Assembly (NCBI GenBank): GCA_040357565.1
Contig: JBDODJ010000087.1
Strand: one strand, 5' to 3'
DNA from: Cercozoa sp. M6MM
Lineage: Eukaryota; Protista; Endomyxa: Ascetosporea
Length of the DNA: 44,540 nt
Positions 1-18,295 of this stretch are shown piece by piece (the stretch's first letter is position 1; the number at the start of each line of letters is the position of its first letter). The translations under genes were made by a program, and so were the position numbers. The notes below the pieces were generated by a model. The model saw only the letters and a list, made by a program, of their open reading frames with translations, made no database searches and was not told the DNA's origin.

Positions 1-3000
1 GGACGGCCGCTCGAGCGACTGGGGCGGTGAACTGGTACTGCGCGCTGCGACCACCCTGCGCGCACACGGGGGGGGGGGGGGGGGGTTAAGGGGACAAGAG
101 AACGAGAAGGTAAAGCAAGTACTTCATACCTGCTTCTTGCGGAAACGGTTTTTCTGCGCCAGTGAGGCGTACAGGTCCTCCTCCACGACGACCTAGGAAT
201 AGAGGGCAAAGGGGTAAGGGGATAAAAAGGCTACATGAGGTACAACACATCGTACCTTCTTCTTGCCGAGTTTCGCATCAACTGCAGCTTGCTTGGTTTT
301 CGACGTGATCCATCGCGGTTGCTGCAGTCACACGGGCAGGAAGTTAAGGGGGTAGAGGTGAGAGTAAGATGATAGAGCAGCTACCCTCGAAAGACCGTCT
401 TCGGCGTAGAACCACTTCTTCAACTTGACCTGTCCGTCGTTGGCGCCGCCAAGTTTTCGACGCTGCCGTTTCGACAGCTTTCGCTTGACCGTCGTGCGCT
501 CCGTGTGCTCGTCCGCTACGAGGGCATGGGTGAAGGGGTAAAACGGCAGCCAAAACGACAGGAAAGCACAGGAGGGACAAGAGGGAAGGCAGGTGGGGAA
601 AGGGTTAATGACAAAACGCAGGCCAAAAAGACAGGGGAGCTACAAGCATTGCGACGCCGCTCGTGCAGCCAGCCGCCATGTCCAACGAACTCGAGCGAGT
701 CGAGCGACCGTCCGTGTCGCACGGCATCTCGAATCGCCATTGCGTGCGGCACGTCCCTCTTTTCCAGCAGCGAGATTGCAAGGCCTGCCCAAGGTAGGGG
801 GATAAAGGGGGGGGGGGGGTCATCAAAGTAACATAGCTGGTACCAGAGGCGCCGGGTCCCCTCGCAGTGCGACCGACGCGATGCACGTACTCGACAGCAT
901 CGTTTGGAAAGTCGAGATTAATCACTACGTCGATGTCGTCCACGTCGAGTCCTCGGCATGCCTGTGTGTAGGGGTAAACGGGGTTAAAGAGGAGGGGAGG
1001 GGTATAGGGGGAGAGGGGAGAGGCAAAGAGGGTATAAGGGGAGTATAGGGGAGAGGAGGTATAAGGGAGAGGGGAGAGGGAAAGAGGGGTGTAAGGGGAG
1101 GGGTATAGAAGAGAGGGGGTAAGGGGAGAGGATAAAAGTACAGCGTCAGTGGCCACGGCGATGCGCACCGAGTCCTCCTGGGAGGCGTCGCGATGCGCCG
1201 AAAAGAGCGCCCAGTTGGCGGCACGCATGGCACGCGGCAGCTCGCCGTGGAAGCACACGGCGTCGTAGCCTGTGGTATGGGAGGGGTAAGGGGGTAGGTA
1301 AGGGTAAGGGTAGATGAAAGAGGGAAGAAGATTGCACCAACACTCTCGACGTCGTACATCGCACTTCGCGCACTCGCCGTCGTGTTGCAGAAAATTAGAA
1401 TCTACCACGCAGGGAAGTAAAAAAAGGGGGGGGGGGTAGGACGGGTGGAAAGCAAGCCACACCTTTTTGTCGCCGAGTTCTTCAAGCGTTTCCAGCAGTC
1501 GCTCGCGCTTGTCTTGACCATCCATGCGCACGAAGCGTTGCACCACGCCTGCTCAAGCACGGGCAAGGGTAAGGGGTAGGGGGTAAAGGGTAACGGGGTA
1601 GAGGTCAAAAGGTAAGGGGTGGCACCAGAAGGAGGCAGCAGATGACCCTCGGACTTGATGACAGCGACAGCACCTGCGTCCGGCAGCTGTCGCTTCAGCA
1701 CGCGGAGGTTGGCCGGCGTCAGCGTGGCCGATAGCATCACTACCTGCGCCGGCTGCACCTGCGGGCGGGTAGGGGGAAGGAGGTAACGGAGTAAAAGGGC
1801 AAAAGAATAAAAGGGTAAAGGAGTAAGATAGGTAGAAGGGAGTTAGTAGAAAGCGGAGGTGAGAGGGGTAAATAGGGGGGGGGGGGGTAGAAGAGATAAA
1901 TAGTCAAAAGGGGTAAGAGTGAGGGTAAGAGGAGGAAAGAAGGAACAAACCTGCACAACATCGCCTGTGGCCGTGACACGCCGATCGAGGTAGCTGCCGT
2001 CGTCGTGCTGCCCGTTCATTCGGCGACGCAGGAGACCCGGCGCCACGCAGCGCGTCAGCGGCGACTGCAGCATCTCGCGCATCTCCTTGGCGAAGCTACG
2101 AAAGGGCAAAGAGGTAAAGGAAAGAGTAGGGGTAGGGAGGTAAAAGAGGGGCAAAGGGAAGAGTAGGGGTATGGGGTAAAAAGAGGGGCAAAGGGGGCAA
2201 ATGGGTAGAAGCAACACCTCTGATCGAACATAGTGTCAGCCTCGTCGATGACACAGTAAACCACGTCGGTCAGGTCGCACTCGTACTCGCGCATCCAGTG
2301 TCTCAGTCGACCCGGCTGTGCATAAAGTGAGTCCCTGTTAGATTTCGTTAAGGAGGCGTGTTAGGATGAGGAGTGGCTACAGTGGCTACGACAATGTCGA
2401 CACCGGCGCGCAGTCGGTCGCGTTGTTGGCGGCGTTTCTCGTCTGACGACAGCAGCACCATGGAGGACAGACGCGCGTTGTGGCACAGCTGCTTGACCAC
2501 GCGGTAGGTCTGCTGCGCCAGTTCGCGCGTCGGCGACAACACCAGTCCGCGCGGACGACCGCCGCGCAGTCGCACGCCGCGCAGCTCCTCGCGCTTTAGT
2601 CTCGTCAGCATCGGCAACTGGGTGGGTGCAACAAGGTAAGGGGCACAAGGTAAGGGGCAACAAGGTAGGCGCAACGGGGTGCAAGGGATAAAACATGGTA
2701 ACAGGGGAACGAGGGACAAGGAGTAAGAGGGGGGGAGGGGGTTACCACAGCAGCCAGAGTCTTGCCCTGACCAGTTTGTTCGCACAAGATGGCGTTGGCA
2801 CCGCCACGAATCAGACGCGGCAACGAGGCACTTTGGATGGGCGTAGGTGACAAGATATCCATGTCCAAAGCGAGGCTCTGACACAGCGGTGCTGGGACAC
2901 CAAGCTTACCTGCAAGGGGGGTGTAATGTGAAACAAACATTGACACCAAAAACAGCGTACGGAACGAGCGCATTGCAGCGGCGACTTTGACTTCGTTTTC

Positions 3001-3550
3001 GCGTGTTTTCTTCAGTTCTTCAATTTTCTCTGTCTTTAAGTCTGCGAGGGCAGAGGTACAGGGCGAAGGAAACAAAAGGGAAGGCTTAATTAAATGTAAT
3101 GTACCTTCAAACTGCGAGACGCGTTGTTGCGAGTCACCGTGGTCCAGCAGCAAGCCGTCGTGATTGTGTTCCTCGGCAACATCACTGGCACTCACCTAGA
3201 CAGACAACAAAAACATATGCATAGGTAACTCGAGAAAAAGAAGGTCAGGAAGGGATGGGATGGGACAGGGACACTACATCCACGAGATCCGGCGTCCGCA
3301 CATCGCTGTCACCGTCGTCCAAGTCAATCGCCGGGTCGACGCCTTCGCCACGTTCCTCCGCGGTCTCTTTGTGCCCTTCCACAATATCATCCACCAGAGA
3401 GACTGTCGGCATATCAACGACGCCACTGACACTGTCATCGGCACCGTCGTTGGTATCCGCGCGGCTGTTCGACGCGAACAGTCGAACTGTTCTGAGGCGC
3501 GATTGCGCCAAAGTCGATTGCGCAATTCTACGCAACGCGACTGTGTGCAT
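1..3550 (-). CDS. DEAD-box RNA helicase, probably mitochondrial (DDX28/Mrh4/RH50-like); multi-exon, 3' end runs off the window
   Basis: Spliced exons give the Q motif (PTPIQ), motif I (EQTGQGKT), Ia ([10 protein letters not shown]), Ib (VAT|PGRL), II (IDEADTM), III (LSAT), FHGEL, V (CRGLDV) and VI ([10 protein letters not shown]). The N-terminus [25 protein letters not shown] is Arg/Ser-rich and acid-free, like a presequence. Subfamily assignment is inference. Confidence 0.9.
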
Positions 3551-3735
3551 GGGCAATAGATCTCAGTAATCGGCACACCTACAGTGCACACGTGCGCGCT
3601 AGGCTGAGCTAGCATTTTTCTTTATCTTTTTACAGCCCAAAGTTCTCTTGGTGTTTACAACTGCTACAACTGTGCCTAAGATCGTTTATATTACGTTTTG
3701 ACTTTGTTAGAGCAGCTGAATGCACCGTTGATGCA

Positions 3736-4388
3736 ATGTCCCAATCAATGAGAGGTAAGCCGCCCGCGCGGTTTTTCAGCAGCGATATAACAGATCTTTC
3801 TTGTATTTTCGCAGTCGAAGAAGGCGACGGAGAGACCGAGTCGTTTTCCCTGGCGTCGCAGATGCCACCGCTGGAGCCAGCTTCGCAGTCGCAAACCACG
3901 TTCTCGTTTCTGCCAAGTGACGAGTTCAGCTTTGCCTCGTCAGCAGTCGCCCAGACGAAAGAGAACTCGAAGGCGCGAAACAAGGTTGAAACACCGAAAG
4001 GTGGAAGCGAAAAAGAGGGCAAAGGACCTGAAACGAACGAAGCGAACGAAGCACTCGAGTCTGCCCACTCGCACAGTGAAACCTCCGTCAGCACTCGTGT
4101 CACTTCACCATCGAGTTCCAAGGATGCAACAGCAACGAAAGCACTGCGCACGATCCGCTCGCCTCGCGTCGATGCACCTGTTCCGCCGTGTTTCCAGTTC
4201 GAGCCTGACACAGAGACCGAAGCCGAGGAAACTGAAGCCGAGCAAACCGAAACAGAGGACGAAAGCACGCCACACAAGAGCGAAAGCGATGTGCGTGTCA
4301 CGCAGTCAGCCAAACGTGTATTGGTATGCCTGGTGTTACTTCTTCTTTCTTTTGTTTGTAGAAATCAATTTTAGAAGTTTACGATTAG
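3736..4388 (+). CDS. Hypothetical Ser/Glu/Thr-rich low-complexity protein (3 exons)
   Basis: ATG 3736, in-frame GTAAGC..GCAG intron, long open exon, then a GTATGC..GTAG intron giving ...KRVL|KSILEVYD*. It could instead splice in frame to 4537 and form the N-terminus of the exonuclease gene. Confidence 0.5.
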
Positions 4389-4449
4389 AGTGATATGAGT
4401 TTTCTTTTCTTCAATTGATTGCTGCGGTTTCGTTTTCTTAAGCCAAACC

Positions 4450-6257
<1,808 letters not shown>

Positions 6258-6277
6258 CACTTGGCTTTGCCTCGCTC

Positions 6278-6293
6278 TGTGTGTGTGTGTGTA

Positions 6294-6372
<79 letters not shown>
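6278..6372 (+). repeat. Interrupted (TG)n microsatellite just 3' of the exonuclease stop
   Basis: Directly visible in the sequence. Confidence 0.95.
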
Positions 6373-6373
<1 letters not shown>

Positions 6374-6811
6374 ACCTCTGGGTGTGTAACTGCCTGTGTA
6401 TCTGCGGATGTGTTTTTTAAAGATACACCATCGGCGGCAGCTCACGCGGAAACGGCTTTCGTTCCAAGCTTGCTTCGGAATGAGGCGAAGTGACTGGACG
6501 TTAAACCACCCGCTGCCGTCATATGTGAACCGTATCCGAAGTTTGCGATTGAAGCTGGAAATTTAATTATTACCCCAGAACAAAGGGTTTGTATTTTTGA
6601 GCATTGTTTGATTGATCAACGCAAGCATTATTGTGCGTTTAGGTAGTGGTTTAAATGTTCTTGAGAATCAAATCAAATCAGAACCGAACAAAATTCCGCC
6701 CCCACGCTAGACTACTGTGTGTCGACTATAAGTCATACTAGTACCGGCACATACGACGCCGCGATCGGATATTACGCGTCGCCCAACTGCCAGTAAAATA
6801 AACCGTGAGGC

Positions 6812-8233
6812 TCAGTCCCACTCCTCGTCGGCGTCGTGCTCACTCGCAGTGCTGCAAAGAAAGGCGGTGTCAGAGACAAGACAAGATTGGCAGGGTAAGG
6901 CTAGAAACCTATCCTTGCGCAGTTTCTGCGGTGTGCGCGTCTTTTCGAACTTTTGTCGCAGTGCCACGGCCAGCGGCTGCCCACCCAACGAGTCAAGATA
7001 GGGGATGGTAAGCACAGGGTGGATGGGGGTGACTACGTCCATGTCGAGGTGTCTATCCTTTCTCATCATTGGCGTGCCTCCAGGAGATCGCGACTGCTCG
7101 GTGTTCCGCAGGTGCATCCTGGGGAGGGAGTTAGGGAGGGGGGAAACAAGATGAGTAGGTCTACCGCTTGACCGAATGAATCTGCTCGAGCAAACTGCCG
7201 CCTTGTGCGGCCACACTGGGGGGGGGGGGTAAGCATAGGGTGGGGGAGGGGTAAAGCACTGCTGCATACGTACTAAGTCGTCTTTGGCGACCTTTAATAA
7301 CACTGTGGGAACTTATAAAATGGGGGCAAGGGTAAAAGGGTAAAGGGGGAACTACATGGCAGCACTGGCCTCTTCATCACTCGTCATGGTCGCGCCTGCC
7401 TCGCCTTCCTACCAACGGGGGGGGGGGGGGGGGGGTAGAGGAATAAAATGGGTACAACAAACAGCTACAACAAACAGCTACATCAACAGTGGCGTCTTTC
7501 TTGTCATTGGTGCGATCCACACTGCGCAAACGACGCCGGCCTGAGCCGCCTGGGGGGGGGGTATGGGTAAGGGATGAGGGGTGAGGGGTGAGAGTGAGAG
7601 CTGAGATGTGAGAGGTAGGGGTCAGCAAAGTGGTGATACTTCTAATAGCAGCCATGAGGTCCATTTTCGGCTCTTCGGCTGGTTCTTCTTGTCTGCGGGA
7701 GGGGGTAAGAGAGCAAAGGGGATGGATACAGACACGTACGGCAGTGGAGGCACTGGCGCAGCAGCGGGCGCAGCAGTAGCTGGCACAGCAGGGGCAGCAG
7801 CAGGCACAGCGGCAGTGGCCTCGCCATTGAGCAGCGTCGGACCGACCGGGCGAATCGGCAGACCCTGCAGCGCCGACATAGTCTGAGCCAGCGACGACAA
7901 CTGCGACTTCAACTCGCGCTGCTTGTCCTCCTGTCGGCGCCGTTCCTGCAACGGGGGGGAGGGGATAAAAAGGCAGGGGATAAGAAAGGCGGGGGGGGGG
8001 GGTAACGCTACCTCGTCGATTTCGTCGCGCTCGCTGGCCGACAGCACCGACGTGTCCACAATGCCAGCTGGGAGGGGGGGGGGTAAAATGGGCAGAGGTA
8101 TACAGGCAAAGACAAAAGCAAAAGGGAGCGGAGGGGGGGTAAAACACTACCAGCAACGTCGGCGGCATCGAGACGCCGCGTCTGCCGCTTTTTGTTCTGA
8201 CGCCGCGCCTGCTGTCGCGCACGACGGTTTCTG

Positions 8234-8267
<34 letters not shown>

Positions 8268-8676
8268 ACATACACATACCGATCGATCAAACCGTCCACT
8301 CGTGAAAGATCAACGGTACTGCATGCGCTGGCGTCGCTTCTGTCGCTCGGCTTCGAGTCGCTGCGCCTGCCACTTGGCCAGCATGTCGCTCCACATGAGC
8401 TCGACTCGCGACTACCGGACAGGGGCAGGGGGTTAAGGGATAACAAGGTGTGTGTAGGTGGTACCACGACGGTCAGTGGCAGCGAGCCTCTCTGCGCGAT
8501 CACATCTTGCGCCGCCTTTGCCTGTACGCGGACACCAGCAGTGTACAACACTTATTGCAATACCCTGACTGACAGGACAATACCCTGGCCTGTATCGCCT
8601 TCACGATGCGTTCAGTACGCTCATCGGCATTGCGCTGCCATTGCGCCGCATACAAGTACACGGGCGCCCCCGGCAT
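6812..8676 (-). CDS. WH2-WH2-central-acidic (VCA-type) actin nucleation-promoting-factor-like protein with PRR11/MTFR-like motif
   Basis: About 12 exons joined by GT-AG introns in consistent phase: LMWSDMLAKWQAQRLEAERQKRRQRMQNRRARQQARRQNKKRQ (helix + basic), QRELKSQLSSLAQ, Ala/Pro linker, MDLMAAIRSGSGRRRLRSV (WH2), GSLLEQIHSVKRMHLRNT (WH2), RSPGGTP, LAVALRQKF, EHDADEEWD*. Start uncertain (8676 or slightly upstream). Confidence 0.8.
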
Positions 8677-9075
8677 CGGTCCCACTGCACAAAAGTCGCA
8701 ACCCTCTACGCTGCTGGGAAACGCTCATGTTTCGGAAATATCATCTCTCATTCGTGACCCACGAGAGCAATACACTACCTAGCACACACGCAGCCGAGTC
8801 TTAGATGCTACACCTGCACCTCTCTGTGGACTGCACAACAGGTTCTGGCTCTGCGTTTAATTTTTTGGGACCTGTCCGTCCAAACTACAGTACAAACCCG
8901 GCTGCCGGGCCCTTTAAAGAATCAGATAGGCGACTCGGCCTCATCCCGGCTGCGTAGACGTGTGCGAACAGTTTCTTGTGACGGTGGACTTCGCGTTCCG
9001 CGGGTAGAATGTTGGCGCTGTTTTTGGAACCAACTAATAGGCTTGGTCTGTTTTTCTGGTGCAGGGAAGAAAACG

Positions 9076-15853
<6,778 letters not shown>

Positions 15854-16182
15854 ACTCGACAACGACGTCGGCTCAAGTTTCCTTAAGTTGCACAGACTGG
15901 ACATTAGCCCACTGCTTGGCGACCTACGCTATTGTACTATCTTACTTTACCGTCTGTACTCGACTAGCATGTCATGTGCGGTGGCCCAACGCAATCGAAT
16001 CAATGTGACGAATCTGATTTAAATTCACGTCAGTTTCAGTTAGTTTACGTTACTTATACTCGACTGAGATATAGACACGACATGACGATGCGAGCGGAGC
16101 TTTGACCAGTATCCATTCGCATTCAAAGTTTCCGTCTGGCGAAATGGCGCTGCGCGACGGCAATAGTGGTCGATAGAGATTT

Positions 16183-16856
16183 CTAGTCCTGGCGAAAGTC
16201 ACCCAACCCAAAAAGCGAGCTGGATGATCCTGAGTTCGAGGCAGACTCAGTTGAAGATTCGACTGTACCCAGTCCGAACAGCGACACTGACTGAGACAGT
16301 GACGTCACTGAAGTGTCAGTCGATTCGGTGCCGGAAGTCGGCAATGAGATCGATTTAGAGGTGTCTGCGGTTGCTGTGGGAGAGGATGAGGGGATCGAAG
16401 TCGCCAGATTCGCCGGAGGAGATACTGCGGATTTCAAGTTGGCAGGGGCAGCAGGACTATGAGCTTTTGCAGGCTGTGAACTGACTGGAGAAAGACTTGA
16501 CGACCCGGACCCCGAAACTGACGGTGCAAGCGTGAGGTTGCTCGCGCTGACGCTACACTCCTCCAGAAAGCGAAAGATCTACAATACAGAAACTTCATGT
16601 GCCTGGTATCAAGTTTAAACTGCAAAAGTTCACATCGAAAGGGGCAACGTCTTCCTTCGCGCAGACGTTTGGCTCGCTACGCACTTGGTTGGTCATTTCA
16701 GGTTTGCGTTCGAGATCGCTACCACCTGCTGCATTAGTATTGGCATTTCGGTTTGTTATGTTTAGCGAGGAAAAACGAAGAAACAGAAACCGCTGATACA
16801 GGCAACCCTTAGGTTGTCTTTCCCGTGCTTTATACTCTCGACAAGGCTGGAGTCAT
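16183..16856 (-). CDS. Hypothetical small Ser-rich protein with two SLFGLG motifs
   Basis: The last two exons join in frame through a GTGAAC..TGTAG intron (…EDVAPFD|IFRFLEECSVS…SLFGLG…SLFGLGDFRQD*). The first exon MTPALSR|RFLFLRFSS is tentative; there is an alternative ATG near 16696. Confidence 0.45.
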
Positions 16857-17295
16857 AAGGTTCGCGATGTTGATAGGCTTCGATATCAGGATAATTTTTT
16901 ACTTCACTAAAAGCTATGCTACCCAGCAAAGCGGAAAAACGAAAAGGGCACAGCGGCGCTCGGACTAAAATTGAACCAGATGTGATAGTAAGCGAGTCGA
17001 AGCGGCAGGACAGTCAAGACCGTTGATTGGTGTCGCATCCAAAGTTGATTGGGCTATGCACGCGCGGACCGGAAGTAAAAAAGGTGACCCAAATTTCTGT
17101 CTGGGGCGTTTGTATTCAAACTGAGGTGAACTAACTAAACTTGGTGCTGAAGCTTCGGCTTTTTGGTAAATGGTCCGAATCCCAGTATCTGAACTGGCAA
17201 CGAAAAGTGAGCACTACATTTTACTGTAGCTTTCGCTTCGGGCGCTTCAGCGCATGCCAACTTTGGAGCCTAGATGTCAGAAGCACTGTGAGCGG

Positions 17296-17679
17296 ATGCG
17301 TTTTCTGCTTAGCTGTGTTATGATTTCTTGCGTCTGTACATCCACGTTTGTTGCCGCCACGCGCGTCGTATCTAGTGAGCAGCTTTTTGATGTCGTGCCA
17401 CCTGGTGCTTTTGGAGCTGACAGGTACTCTCCAGTCCTTTATACCCCGGGCCGCTTTGTTCTCACAGTTGATATTATTTACAAAAGTGTGTTTGGGCAGC
17501 GCACAGCACGTGTTGACGTATAACAGCGACACTGATATGCGAGTCGAAACTCTGCAGGAAGGCTTTGACTTTCACTGGCACTCACATCCAAACAGTGACG
17601 AAGTCTTCTTTGTGATGTCGCCCGACCTGCCTTCGCGTGTTCCACTCTTAGAAGTACTCGTGTTGCCGCATGTACAGTG

Positions 17680-17717
<38 letters not shown>

Positions 17718-18111
17718 NNNNNNNNNNGTGTGTGTGTGTGTGTGTGCGTGTGTGTGTGTGTGTGTTTGTGTGTGCAAAGAGTTTTGATAGGTCCCAGTCG
17801 ACAGTGACAAATGCAGTGATGCTACATCACACCCGTAGGTTTTGTACATTATTGTAACTTAAACGAAATCTCCAGATAATTCTGAAGCAGGTCAGCCGAC
17901 GTGGAAGTGCACAGTCTATATGCAGGAGATTTCATCAAGGTAAGTGGCTGAGGAAGCAAGTACCCAGTGTCTAAAGTGTGATTTTTTGCTGTAGGTGCCT
18001 GCTGGGTATTGCCACAAAGCAATGAGTCGGCCTGGTGCAAAGGTTCTCATCATGATTACGAGCTACTCTAGTCCTGCAGACCACGATTTTAATCACTTCT
18101 TTCGACAATGA
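17296..18111 (+). CDS. Single-domain cupin with predicted signal peptide
   Basis: Cupin motif 1 DFHWHSHPNSDEVFFVMS and motif 2 LYAGDFIK|VPAGYCHKA; N-terminus MRFLLSCVMISCVCTSTFVAA; stop TGA at 18109-18111. One intron contains an assembly gap. Confidence 0.75.
17682..17774 (+). repeat. (GT)n microsatellite containing a 10-N assembly gap (17718-17727)
   Basis: Directly visible; intronic in the cupin gene. Confidence 0.95.
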
Positions 18112-18295
18112 ATATAGATACTACGCCAAGAGTTTTTGTCTTTGCTTTGGCAGTTACAACACACACGTTAAACAACTGTGCACACAATGATGCATCTAAT
18201 TTAGGGAGTTTGTGTGGACACAAAAAAAAAACTACAAACAATGCTGATCGCCAGAACACATGTCGTTTTTAGCCTTGCAGAAGAGCTAATACGGC

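Noticed and set aside
60-2750. GGGTAA-rich tracts as interstitial telomeric repeats
   Set aside because: The units are irregular, differ from TTAGGG/TTTAGGG, are confined to introns and flip with gene strand. A telomerase origin cannot be supported without knowing this organism's telomere repeat.
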